Assembly (NCBI GenBank): GCA_049366715.1
Contig: JBMNCQ010000059.1
Span: 113,607 to 177,606 of the forward strand
Source of the DNA: Peptococcaceae bacterium
GTDB lineage: Bacteria > Bacillota > Peptococcia > Peptococcales > BICA1-8
DNA: 64,000 nucleotides
Direction of reading: 5' to 3'
A program made the position numbers and the translations under genes. Under the pieces are notes generated by a model. It had not been told where the DNA came from, made no database searches, and worked only from the letters and a program-made list of their open reading frames with translations. Shown here one piece after another: positions 17,123 through 26,063 of this stretch. How positions within the stretch are numbered: the first letter of the stretch is position 1; each line of letters opens with the position of its first letter.

Positions 17123-17146
17123 ATAGATACATTTAAATATATCTAT
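17123..17146. promoter_or_regulatory. Inverted repeat, candidate ArsR operator
   Basis: ATAGATA-N10-TATCTAT ends 15 bp upstream of the arsR start. Confidence 0.5.
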
Positions 17147-17160
17147 GCGAGGAAGATGAT

Positions 17161-17454
17161 ATGGAAAAAGAAATAGTTGTTTTTAAAGCTTTGTCCGATC
17201 GACACAGAATACTGATCATCGATATGCTTTCCTGCGGAGAACTGTGTGCCTGTGAAATAACGGAGAAGCTTGGTCTTACCCAGCCTACCGTATCCCATCA
17301 TATGAGTATACTGCACAGGGCGGGTTTAATAAATTCCCGGAAAGAAGGTAAGTGGGTCAGGTATTCACTTAATACTGATTCTTTTAAGAATCTGCTGTCT
17401 TTCATTGAGCGCATTTCTTCAGATAAGGAAAATTGTATTTGTAAGAAGCTGTAG
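17161..17454 (+). CDS. arsR: ArsR/SmtB-family metalloregulator
   Basis: 97 aa with FKALSDRHRILIIDMLSCGELCACEI (CxC metalloid site) and a wHTH (LTQPTVSHHMSILHRAGLI). Confidence 0.85.
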   Translation: MEKEIVVFKALSDRHRILIIDMLSCGELCACEITEKLGLTQPTVSHHMSILHRAGLINSRKEGKWVRYSLNTDSFKNLLSFIERISSDKENCICKKL

Positions 17455-17584
17455 CTGTTTAAAAAGGGAAGATACACCCGTTGGTATTTTTCCGGGGAAT
17501 ATATTATTTAAAAATAAGGGATTGACAATGAATCACACTAAATTCTGGTGCAATACTATAAAATGAATTTTTGAGGAGGTAGTA

Positions 17585-17986
17585 ATGAAGAAAAAAGTAG
17601 CTTTTATCTGTGTTCATAACTCCTGCCGTTCCCAAATGGCCGAAGCCTGGGCCAGACATTTAGGAGGGGATGTATTGGAGGTTTACTCCGCCGGTACGGA
17701 AAAATATCCTGAGGTTAAACCGGGGGCTGTCCAGGTTATGGAAGAGTCAGGGATAAGTATGAGGGGGCATTATCCCAAGCTGTTAAAGGACATACCTTGC
17801 CGGTTAGATATTGTTATTACCATGGGGTGTAATGTTCATTGCCCTGATGTCCCTGCAAAACACCGTGAAGACTGGGGGCTGCCAGACCCGTCGGGAGGTC
17901 CTGTTGCAGGATATAGAGTTACGCGAGATTTAATAAAGGAAAAAACGCTGGAGCTTATAAAAAGGGTTAAAAACAACCAATTATAA
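17585..17986 (+). CDS. arsC: Arsenate reductase, thioredoxin-coupled LMW-PTPase type
   Basis: P-loop VAFICVHNSCRSQMAEAWA; 133 aa; adjacent to arsR. Confidence 0.85.
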   Translation: MKKKVAFICVHNSCRSQMAEAWARHLGGDVLEVYSAGTEKYPEVKPGAVQVMEESGISMRGHYPKLLKDIPCRLDIVITMGCNVHCPDVPAKHREDWGLPDPSGGPVAGYRVTRDLIKEKTLELIKRVKNNQL

Positions 17987-18053
17987 AATAAAGAAAACGA
18001 GCAGAATGATAAGTCCTGCCCGCTTTCTTTTAAGGTTAAATTAAAAGTAATCT

Positions 18054-18539
18054 TTAATACTTGATAAAAACCGTACCTTTAGCTCCGCAGATACTGCATT
18101 TCTCCGGGACAAACTTTTCAATATTGCCGCAGACAGGACAGAGATAATAATCGACAGCTTCTTTTTTAGCAAGATTATCCAAAGCTTCCTGGTATAGTTT
18201 CGCATGAACTTTTTCTGATTCATTGGCAAAATGGAAGCTGCGCTGGGCATCGCTGCGATTTTCTTTTTTGGCTTCTTCCAGCATGGGAGGATACATGTTT
18301 TCAAATTCATGGGTTTCGCCGTTAATACCTTCTTGTAAATTCTCTTTGGTTGATTTAATGCCGCTTAAAGCTTTTAAGTGATTATGGGCATGAATCGTTT
18401 CTGCTTCCGCAGCAGCTCTGAATAATCTGGCAACAGTTGCATAGCCTTCTTCCTCAGCTTTCTTGGCAAAGGCTAAATATTTGCGGTTGGCTTGGGACTC
18501 CCCGGCAAAGGCTTCTTGTAAATTTTTGTCTGTATTCAT
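18054..18539 (-). CDS. rbr: Rubrerythrin
   Basis: Start moved to ATG 18539 (GGAGG 8 nt upstream); the track's upstream extension has no RBS. Ferritin-like EAFAGESQANRKYLAFAKKAEEEGY...AAAEAETIHAHNH, plus a C-terminal rubredoxin-like CPVCG...CSICGA. Confidence 0.9.
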   Translation of the reverse strand: MNTDKNLQEAFAGESQANRKYLAFAKKAEEEGYATVARLFRAAAEAETIHAHNHLKALSGIKSTKENLQEGINGETHEFENMYPPMLEEAKKENRSDAQRSFHFANESEKVHAKLYQEALDNLAKKEAVDYYLCPVCGNIEKFVPEKCSICGAKGTVFIKY

Positions 18540-18727
18540 TATTTCAACCTCCAAAAAAATATTATTTTTGATATCACTATATGTATGTGACATGCATTTT
18601 ATATATACACCAAGTTTCCCCGTTTTAAACAGCTCGGGAATAGTTTTTACCATTAATTCAAAAAAATATTAAAAATTAAGCTGTTGTTTAGCCTGGCGGG
18701 ATAACAGGAAGACATCCCCGGTATTTA

Positions 18728-18749
18728 AAACCGGCTGAATAGCCGGTTT
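18728..18749 (-). terminator. Terminator of the 82-aa gene
   Basis: AAACCGGCT-GAAT-AGCCGGTTT. On the minus strand it is followed by TTTAAATA, directly after the stop codon. Confidence 0.6.
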
Positions 18750-18751
18750 GT

Positions 18752-19000
18752 TCATTCTAAATCCATTTTTTTCACGCGAACCAGGTCCAGAGCCTTTAGT
18801 TCCTTTTCTAATTGGCTGATGTCTTCTTTATTCCCGCAGAGCTGGAGCAAGATTAATCCTTCCTCCCGGCAGGCTTCAACCTCATGGACCCCCAGTCTGA
18901 CCCGGATAATACACCCGAATCTGGTCAAAATCTCCTGTACTCTAGGTGCTGCCTCGCTTCGTTTGTTAATTAATACCGCCATGATCGTATCACAATTCAC
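18752..19000 (-). CDS. Small ACT/NikR-C-like protein; resembles the TM1266-type putative iron-only-hydrogenase system regulator family
   Basis: 82 aa: AVLINKRSEAAPRVQEILTRFGCIIRVRLGVHEVEACREEGLILLQLCGNKEDISQLEKELKALDLVRV. Size and pattern match my recollection of that family. This is not verified. Confidence 0.4.
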   Translation of the reverse strand: MNCDTIMAVLINKRSEAAPRVQEILTRFGCIIRVRLGVHEVEACREEGLILLQLCGNKEDISQLEKELKALDLVRVKKMDLE

Positions 19001-19269
19001 GATATCACCCCTTAAATAAGATATAATACTAAAATACCCATTAGGAGACTGATTAAAACCGAAATGCCTTCGGCCTGGTGGAAATATGGAAAAATTTATT
19101 GTTAAATTTTATATTATTTTTTGCTTCATAGAACAACCTTTTATATAATAGTATATAAATAATTTAATGATAAAATAAATGAAAAATTGTTTAGGTTTAG
19201 CCGGAAACGGATATTTATATGTTATGATAAAAAATGGATTAACAATACTTGCGAGTAGGGAGTTTTTTT

Positions 19270-20169
19270 ATGATAAAATTTCAATCAATCCAACTTAGTG
19301 ATAAAGATGTCTTTGACCGTTATTTCCGGGACGCAAGGTATGAAGGCTCCGAAAGTACGTTTACTAATTTATTCATGTGGAAAGAATGTTATCAAATTGA
19401 ATGGGCTATTGTTGATGATTTTCTTTGTGTAAAACCAAAAATAGATAACGTAAATTTCCTGCTGCCTCCATATCCTCTGAAAGATGCAGATCCGACCAAA
19501 CCGCTGGATAAGCTGATTGCATATTTCACAGAGAACAACTTGCCTTTTCTTATGAAGGCTGTTTCTCCCGGGGTTAAAGAAGTCTTAGCTGAAAAATGTC
19601 CGGGGAAATTTGAGTTTTTCGAAGAAAGAGGAGTCTATGACTATGTCTATTTAACAGAAGACTTAATTGAATTAAAAGGCCGGAAATATCATCGCAAAAG
19701 GAATCACTTGAAGAATTTCAAAAAACAATATCCCCATTATCAATACGCGATATTAACCAAGGAACTGATCAAGCCATGTCTGATCAATTTGTACGAATGG
19801 TGCCGGAAAAAAGGCTGTGAGGATGATAAAAGCCTTTTGTGTGAAAGGGATGCGATTACCGCGGCCTTTGAGTGTTTTGGCCGGCTGGATTATATAGGCG
19901 GTGTTATTTTAATTGACGGCAACGTGGAAGCCTTTACCTTTGGAGAAGCCCTGAATAATGATACGGTCTTAATTCATGTGGAAAAAGCAAATCCTGATAT
20001 TAATGGAATTTTTCAGGCCATTAATCAGGAATACCTGGCTAACCATTGGTCCCAGATGAAGTATGTAAATCGGGAAGAGGATCTGGATATCGAAGGATTA
20101 CGAAAAGCAAAATTATCCTATTATCCTGTTGATTTAATAACCAAATACAAGGCAGTGTTAAAGGACTGA
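19270..20169 (+). CDS. DUF2156-like (phosphatidylglycerol lysyltransferase C-terminal-like, GNAT fold) protein
   Basis: Start moved to ATG 19270, 7 nt after AGGGAG. The N-terminus FQSIQLSDKDVFDRYFRDARYEGSESTFTNLFMWKECY is typical of DUF2156 proteins. Confidence 0.6.
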   Translation: MIKFQSIQLSDKDVFDRYFRDARYEGSESTFTNLFMWKECYQIEWAIVDDFLCVKPKIDNVNFLLPPYPLKDADPTKPLDKLIAYFTENNLPFLMKAVSPGVKEVLAEKCPGKFEFFEERGVYDYVYLTEDLIELKGRKYHRKRNHLKNFKKQYPHYQYAILTKELIKPCLINLYEWCRKKGCEDDKSLLCERDAITAAFECFGRLDYIGGVILIDGNVEAFTFGEALNNDTVLIHVEKANPDINGIFQAINQEYLANHWSQMKYVNREEDLDIEGLRKAKLSYYPVDLITKYKAVLKD

Positions 20170-20178
20170 GGTGAAATT

Positions 20179-21345
20179 ATGGAGATCCGCATCACCACAG
20201 AGCAGGATTTACCGGAAGTCAAGGAGTTGTGGGCGTATTGCTTTGAAAACTATGAGCCTTTTTTCAGCTGGTATTTCCGGGAATATTATCAGGCCGGGAA
20301 TACCCTGGCGGCTTTTGCCGCAGACAGAATGTTATCTAACCTGCAGCTTATACCCTATGAAATTAAGCTTAGGGGACAGGTGCTGCCCACCTCCTATATT
20401 GTAGGGGTAGCCAGCTTCCCCGAAGCCCGGAGAGGCGGAATCGTAGGTAAGCTGTTGGAGGCGGCACTGGTGGAGATGCGCCTAAGAGGGCAGGGGATAT
20501 GTTTATTAATGCCTTTTAAAGCAGGTTTTTATTATCCTTACCAGTTTGAATTCTGTTATCATCATTATAAATATAATATTTCTTTAGACCAATTGGGCCC
20601 TGTTTCCGAAAGCTATGGGGAATTTGTGCCTGTCCGGGGACTGGAAAGGGTGGCAGAATTAGCTAAGGTATATCAGGAGTTTGTCGGAGACAAGCATGGT
20701 TATATGGTGCGGGACTCTACCAAGTGGCGCTTAATGCTGGAAGAGCATGCAGGGGAAAAGGGGTATACCTATCTTCTTCGAAACCGGGATATCCCGGAAG
20801 GCTATCTTATGTACTATCTTAAAGATGACAAATTAGTTGTGCGGGAAATGGCCTACAGTAATTTTCGGGCGCAGAAGTCGTTGCTGCAGTTTATTTATAA
20901 TCACCGGTCCCAGGCAGCCGACCTGGAGTGGCATGCACCTATAGACGATGCTATCCATTTCTTGCTGCCGGATCCCAAGGAAGGAATCACGCTGTATCCC
21001 TTTTTAATGGCCCGTATTGTTGATGTGCAGAATATCTTAGCTAAAATATCATTTCCCCGGCAGGTGCGGGGGGAACTGGTAATTAGCTTTCAAGATAAAC
21101 TGGCAGCCTGGAATAATCAAACCTTCTCCATTAAAATAGTTAACGGGCAGGCAGAAGTATCCCCTGTTGACGGGACTGCAGATATTTCCGTGGATATCGG
21201 TGCCTTTACCCAGGTACTGCTGGGAAGGCTCACGGCCCGGGAGATATATAAACAGGGCAGGTTAACAGCGGCTGAGACAAAGAAGCTGGACATACTGGAT
21301 GAGATGTTTCCCCGGTGTTTGAATTATATCAATGAATACTATTAA
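20179..21345 (+). CDS. Eis-like GNAT N-acetyltransferase with a C-terminal SCP2-like domain
   Basis: 388 aa: GVASFPEARRGGIVGKLLEAAL (acetyl-CoA loop), and an architecture and length typical of the Eis/YpeA-like family. Confidence 0.65.
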   Translation: MEIRITTEQDLPEVKELWAYCFENYEPFFSWYFREYYQAGNTLAAFAADRMLSNLQLIPYEIKLRGQVLPTSYIVGVASFPEARRGGIVGKLLEAALVEMRLRGQGICLLMPFKAGFYYPYQFEFCYHHYKYNISLDQLGPVSESYGEFVPVRGLERVAELAKVYQEFVGDKHGYMVRDSTKWRLMLEEHAGEKGYTYLLRNRDIPEGYLMYYLKDDKLVVREMAYSNFRAQKSLLQFIYNHRSQAADLEWHAPIDDAIHFLLPDPKEGITLYPFLMARIVDVQNILAKISFPRQVRGELVISFQDKLAAWNNQTFSIKIVNGQAEVSPVDGTADISVDIGAFTQVLLGRLTAREIYKQGRLTAAETKKLDILDEMFPRCLNYINEYY

Positions 21346-21578
21346 GGCTGGGCAGGAAGCGTGGGGACGGTTCTTTTGCTTCCGCAGGCGGCAGCAAAAA
21401 CAAAGGGGACTTTTCCGCAATCCTAATTTACCCAGGGGCAGGAGACTCTCAGCTGTCTTGGGTAATTGAGCCGGGAAATCTACTGGGCAGCGTATAGACT
21501 AAGAACTGCTAACAGTCCCTGAGAGCCTATTGGTAGACTGTGTCAGAGAACCGTCCCCTGACACTCTCCCCTGACACT
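21310..21578 (+). repeat. Tandem duplication unit 1 (269 bp): last 36 nt of the Eis-like CDS plus stop, then repeat element copy 1
   Basis: CCCCGGTGTTTGAATTATATCAATGAATACTATTAAGGCTG at 21310-21350 recurs identically at 21579-21619. The following ~200 nt are near-identical between the units. Confidence 0.9.
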
Positions 21579-21847
21579 CCCCGGTGTTTGAATTATATCA
21601 ATGAATACTATTAAGGCTGAACAGAAGCGGAGGGACGGTTCTTTTGCTTCCGCAGGCGGCAGCAAAAACAAAGGGGACTTTTCCGCAATCCTAATTTACC
21701 CAGGGGCAGGAGACTCTCAGCTGTCTTGGGTAATTGAGCCGGGAAATCTACTGGGCAGCGTATAGACTAAGAACTGCTGACAGCCCCTGAGAGCTTATTG
21801 ATAGACTGTGTCAGAGAACCGTCCCCTGACATTTTCCCTGATATTTT
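21579..21847 (+). repeat. Tandem duplication unit 2, with an orphan copy of the gene's 3' end plus repeat element copy 2
   Basis: See unit 1. The core element at 21632-21826 is bounded by GGGACGGTTCT ... AGAACCGTCCC. Confidence 0.9.
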
Positions 21848-21853
21848 TGTCCC

Positions 21854-22114
21854 TTGACACTTTCAAATCACCCATTCATAGGTTATATAAGTATAAGTAG
21901 AGTTTTTGCTAAACAGAGAGGGGATGATTTTGAATTGAGCTTTAGTATTTCATTCTACTGGCCGGGAATAGTTTTCTTTATTATTATATTCTGTTTACTT
22001 TTTTCTGCCATTTTATTTTATTATCGTTCTAGGTGGCCCTATTCCATATCTTTTTGGATTGCTGCTATTTTTGGTGCGGCTATAGTTTCATATGTGATCT
22101 CTCTGCTAGTATAG
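21854..22114 (+). CDS. Possible small two-TM protein between repeat copies (no ATG start; doubtful)
   Basis: Hydrophobic segments IVFFIIIFCLLFSAILFYY and FWIAAIFGAAIVSYVISLLV. Only TTG starts are available in frame. Confidence 0.3.
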   Translation: MTLSNHPFIGYISISRVFAKQRGDDFELSFSISFYWPGIVFFIIIFCLLFSAILFYYRSRWPYSISFWIAAIFGAAIVSYVISLLV

Positions 22115-22209
22115 ATCGCAACCTAATAATGAGCATTTTTGGAAGCTCAAGAAAGGTTCGAGATCAGTGAAAAACTGATCTTTTCGTCCCTATTTCGCGG
22201 GGAAGCGGA

Positions 22210-22415
22210 GGGACGGTTCTTTTGCTTCCGCAGGCGGCAGCAAAAACAAAAGGGACTTTTCCGCAATCCTAATTTACCCAGGGGCAGGAGACTCTCAGCT
22301 GTCTTGGGTAAATTGAGCCGGGAAATCAAATCTGCCGGTGCGTAAAGTCTCTAGACTAAGAACTGCTAACAGTCCCTGAGAGCCTATTGGTAGACTGTGT
22401 CAGAGAACCGTCCCC
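22210..22415 (+). repeat. Repeat element copy 3 (dispersed copy, ~200 bp, with terminal inverted repeats)
   Basis: GGGACGGTTCTTTTGCTTCCGCAGGCGGCAGCAAAAACAAA...GTGTCAGAGAACCGTCCCC is near-identical to 21363-21558 and 21632-21826, apart from an internal indel/variable block near 22320-22350. Confidence 0.85.
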
Positions 22416-22430
22416 TGACACCCTGACACC

Positions 22431-22675
22431 TTGACAATTCGCTTAAACGGCCATGGTGATGTGATAAAGCTGACTGATGACAGTGGTAGTATAGTTGCCG
22501 AGTATGAGTACGATGTCTGGGGCAATATTCTAGCCCAAAGCGGAAGTATGGCCGCAAGCAACCCATTCCGCTATGCAGGGTATATGTATGATGAGGAAAC
22601 AGGGCTGTATTATCTGCTGGCCGGTACTATGATGCAGAAACTTATCTTGGCTTATTTGAAGCGGAGGAGAAATAA
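22431..22675 (+). pseudogene. Remnant of an RHS/YD-repeat core C-terminus; 5'-truncated and frameshifted
   Basis: It translates to GHGDVIKLTDDSGSIVAEYEYDVWGNILAQSGSMAASNPFRYAGYMYDEETGLYYLLA. The expected RYYDAET continues only in the +1 frame from 22622, which implies one missing base in GCCGGT. A stop follows at 22673-22675. Confidence 0.8.
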
Positions 22676-22742
22676 GGCAGTTTGTTTCAGTGAAACAAGG
22701 CTGAAAATAAAGTTACCATGATAAATTAATGCCCGCAGCGAA

Positions 22743-22775
22743 GAAGCAAGGGAACCGTCCCCTTGCTTCTTTCCC
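22743..22775 (+). terminator. Hairpin containing a solo copy of the repeat terminus (GAACCGTCCCC)
   Basis: GAAGCAAGGG-AACCGTC-CCCTTGCTTC (10-bp stem) followed by a T-rich tract. Confidence 0.5.
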
Positions 22776-22909
22776 TTGCTTCTTTATTGCTGCCTAATAG
22801 ATAAAGTTATATTGATAAAATTATTATTTCGGTTAATTTACCATCCTTCTCTGAATATGATAGATATTACCACAAAGTTTTAAATCCGTTGGTAAAGGAG
22901 GCAGTTGAA

Positions 22910-24832
22910 GTGATGGAGTTTTCGGAGCTTATTCGGAAGGCTCGGGAAGACCGGAAGCAGAATAATTTTAGCGGAACTTTACTAGAATATCTGGAAGTTT
23001 TAGAAGAGGATCCATCTCTTTATAAGTTAGCTCATCAGCGAATGTATGAAATCATTACGGATAAAGGTTTCCAAAGTATTAATACTAACGAAGACCCCAG
23101 ATTAAGGAGAATTTACGGTAATGATGTCATTAGGAAATATAATTTTTTTAAAGGTGATTTTTTCGGCATCGACAAGACTTTAATGAAAATCGTGCAGTTT
23201 TTTAAAGCGGCGGCTATGGACGGCGAAGAATCCCGGCAGGTTTTATATCTGGTAGGTCCTGTAGGGGCAGGTAAATCTTCGATAATGGAGGCCCTAAAAA
23301 ATGCTTTGGAGCAAAGTGTGCCGATTTATGCGATCAAGGGCTGCCCTATGCGGGAAGAACCCCTGCACTTGATTCCCAAACATTTGCGGCCCGGCTTTGC
23401 GGAGATGTTTAAGATTCGGATAGAAGGGGACCTTTGCCCTGTCTGCCGTTTCCGGCTGAAGAACGAATATAATTATGAGTTCGAGAAATTTCCGGTGGAG
23501 ATGGTTGATTTCAGCATCCGTTCCCGTAAGGGCATCGGGGTTGTGCCTCCTGTTGATCCCAATAATCAGGATACCTCTGTCTTAATCGGGTCTGTTGATA
23601 TCTCCAAGTTAGATTTATATCCTGAGGATGATCCCCGGGTGATGTCTTTAAATGGTGCCTTCAATGTTGGTAACCGGGGTATTGTAGAGTTTATAGAAGT
23701 CTTTAAAAATGAAGTTGAATATTTGCATACCATGATAACTGCTACCCAGGAAAAAAGCATCCCTTCACCGGGCAAAGGTGCAATGATCTATTTTGACGGT
23801 ATCATACTGGCCCATTCTAATGAAGCGGAATGGAATAAATTTAAATCCGATCATACAAATGAGGCTATCCTGGACAGAATTGTGAAAATAGAAGTTCCTT
23901 ATTGCCTGGAGCTGGATGAAGAAGTAAAAATCTATCATAAAATCTTGAAAAAAAGTAAATTCACCACCCATATTGCCCCCCATACCATTGAGGCGGCTTC
24001 AATGTTTGCCATTCTCTCCAGATTAGCGCCTTCGAATAAAGTTGACCCTCTGACAAAGCTGAAAATATATAACGGAGAAGAAATCATTGAAAAAGGAAGC
24101 ACGAAGAAAGTAGATATTTTGGAGTTAAAAGATGAAGCCGCCCGGGAAGGGATGAAAGGGATATCCACAAGATTTATCATGAAAGCCCTGGATACGGCTA
24201 TGTCCGAAGCCGAACACAATTGTATTAATCCTATCGCGGTTTTGGAGACGCTGGTTAAATCGGTTAAGGATTTAACCCTCAGTGATGATGACAAGAAGAG
24301 ATATCTGGGATTTTTGCAGGATACGATTAAAAAAGAGTACCATAAAATTTTGGAGAAAGAAGTGACCAAGGCTTTTATCCATGGTTATCAGGAGCAGGCG
24401 GAAGATCTATTTAATAATTACCTGGATCATGCCGAGGCTTTTGTGAATAAAACAAAAATAAGGGATGAGAATACCGGGGAAGAGCTGGAACCGGATGAAA
24501 AATTTCTGCGGTCCATCGAAGAACAAATCGGTATTACGGAAACTTCTGCCCGCGGTTTCCGGCACGATGTAACCTCCTATATGTTTTATCTGATGAGAAA
24601 CGGGAGCAAAATAGAATATTCTGCTTATGGTCCTTTGCGGGAAGCTATCGAAAAGAAATTGGCCGCTTCCGTTAAAGAGCTGAGCCGGGTTATTACCCGG
24701 ACCAAGGTTAGGGATAAGGAGCAAAATGAAAAATATGACGCGATGGTAGAGGTTATGAAGCAAAATGGGTACTGTGATCACTGCTGTAATGTCATACTTA
24801 AATATGCTGCCAATAACTTATGGAGGGATTAG
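22910..24832 (+). CDS. prkA: PrkA family serine protein kinase (AAA-like P-loop)
   Basis: Start set at GTG 22910 or ATG 22913, after AAGGAGG. Walker A LVGPVGAGKSS; about 640 aa; followed by yhbH and spoVR. Confidence 0.9.
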   Translation: MMEFSELIRKAREDRKQNNFSGTLLEYLEVLEEDPSLYKLAHQRMYEIITDKGFQSINTNEDPRLRRIYGNDVIRKYNFFKGDFFGIDKTLMKIVQFFKAAAMDGEESRQVLYLVGPVGAGKSSIMEALKNALEQSVPIYAIKGCPMREEPLHLIPKHLRPGFAEMFKIRIEGDLCPVCRFRLKNEYNYEFEKFPVEMVDFSIRSRKGIGVVPPVDPNNQDTSVLIGSVDISKLDLYPEDDPRVMSLNGAFNVGNRGIVEFIEVFKNEVEYLHTMITATQEKSIPSPGKGAMIYFDGIILAHSNEAEWNKFKSDHTNEAILDRIVKIEVPYCLELDEEVKIYHKILKKSKFTTHIAPHTIEAASMFAILSRLAPSNKVDPLTKLKIYNGEEIIEKGSTKKVDILELKDEAAREGMKGISTRFIMKALDTAMSEAEHNCINPIAVLETLVKSVKDLTLSDDDKKRYLGFLQDTIKKEYHKILEKEVTKAFIHGYQEQAEDLFNNYLDHAEAFVNKTKIRDENTGEELEPDEKFLRSIEEQIGITETSARGFRHDVTSYMFYLMRNGSKIEYSAYGPLREAIEKKLAASVKELSRVITRTKVRDKEQNEKYDAMVEVMKQNGYCDHCCNVILKYAANNLWRD

Positions 24833-24863
24833 CAGGGCAAAAGCCCCCGGGGAGGTGAAGTAA

Positions 24864-26063
24864 GTGACGATATTCAGGGAATTCGACAGCAGCGGGCGGG
24901 ACCGGGCGGCCGAAGACCGCCGCAGGCACCGGGAATTGGTCGAAGAGGCGATTAAAAAAAATATCACCGATATTATTGCTGAGGAAAGTATCATTGGACA
25001 GAGTAAGGATAAAAAAATAAAGGTGCCGATTAAAGGGATTAAAGAATATCAGTTCATTTTCGGTAAAAATAAACCGGGCTTCGGGTCAGGTGACGGGAGT
25101 GAGCAAAGAGGGGATAAGATCGGCCAGGGGCAAACGGCCCAGGGGCAGCAGCAAGGTCAGGCCGGAAATAATGAAGGGGAGGATATTTATGAAACTGAGG
25201 TAACCATCGAAGATTTAATAAATTATTTGTTCGATGATTTAAATCTGCCCTTTATTGAAAGAAAAAAATTTAATGAAATGGAAGCAGAAAGAAACTTTAA
25301 AAGGCTGGGCTATCAGCAAAAAGGGATTAAACCGCGGCTGGCTAAAAAGAAAACTGTGGTGGAAAAAATTAAAAGACAGAAAGCAACGGGCCGGGCCAGA
25401 AAAGAGCTGCAGGAAATTGCTGAGCAAGAAAGTGAAGAAAGTCAAGAAAGATTCCCTTTTAAAGAAGATGATTTAAGATATCACCGGGTCCGGGAAGAAG
25501 TTAAGAAAGAGAGTAATGCAGTTATAATCTGCATTATGGATACTTCGGGTTCCATGGACCTTACGAAAAAATACCTGGCGAGAAGTTTTTATTTCCTGCT
25601 CTATCAATATATTAAGCTTAAATATGTCAATGTCCAAATTGTATTTATTTCTCATTCTACTACAGCTAAAGAGGTTACTGAGAATGAGTTTTTTCATAAG
25701 GGGGAGTCCGGAGGAACCTATATCAGCAGCGGGTATGAAAAAGCCCTGGAAATAATTGAAAAAAGGTATAATCCCCAAATCTGGAATATCTATACCTTTC
25801 ACTGCAGTGACGGGGATAACTGGAGTGAAGATAATGAAAAAACGGTCCGGCTGGCTGCTAAGTTATGTGAGACCTGCAACCTTTTCGGTTATGGGCAGAT
25901 TATGAGGGGGTATTTTAGTTCGATCAAAGAGCAATTCGAAAATAAGGTGAGATATCCTAATTTCTCAATTGTGACGATTTCCGGGAAGGAGGATGTTATT
26001 CCTGCACTGCAAAAGCTTTTAACGAAAGACAAAGAGTATGCCGGGAATAACCAGAATTTATGA
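24864..26063 (+). CDS. yhbH: YhbH/DUF444 sporulation-associated protein (vWA-like)
   Basis: N-terminus DRAAEDRRRHRELVEEAIKKNI and vWA-like VIICIMDTSGSM; it sits between prkA and spoVR. Confidence 0.85.
   Translation: MTIFREFDSSGRDRAAEDRRRHRELVEEAIKKNITDIIAEESIIGQSKDKKIKVPIKGIKEYQFIFGKNKPGFGSGDGSEQRGDKIGQGQTAQGQQQGQAGNNEGEDIYETEVTIEDLINYLFDDLNLPFIERKKFNEMEAERNFKRLGYQQKGIKPRLAKKKTVVEKIKRQKATGRARKELQEIAEQESEESQERFPFKEDDLRYHRVREEVKKESNAVIICIMDTSGSMDLTKKYLARSFYFLLYQYIKLKYVNVQIVFISHSTTAKEVTENEFFHKGESGGTYISSGYEKALEIIEKRYNPQIWNIYTFHCSDGDNWSEDNEKTVRLAAKLCETCNLFGYGQIMRGYFSSIKEQFENKVRYPNFSIVTISGKEDVIPALQKLLTKDKEYAGNNQNL

Noticed and set aside
20171-20404. 77-aa ORF overlapping the Eis-like gene start
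   Set aside because: It is an out-of-frame overlap with a well-supported CDS, and its product is Arg/Ser/Cys-rich.
22139-22345. Mutually antisense 68-aa and 60-aa ORFs
   Set aside because: Both lie inside repeat element copy 3 and give Arg-rich, low-complexity translations with no RBS. They are a by-product of the repeat.
21310-22420. Possible CRISPR array, because of regularly repeated sequence
   Set aside because: The repeat period is 269 bp and the units are ~200-bp near-identical blocks. There are no 25-40-nt repeats alternating with unique spacers, and no cas genes nearby.
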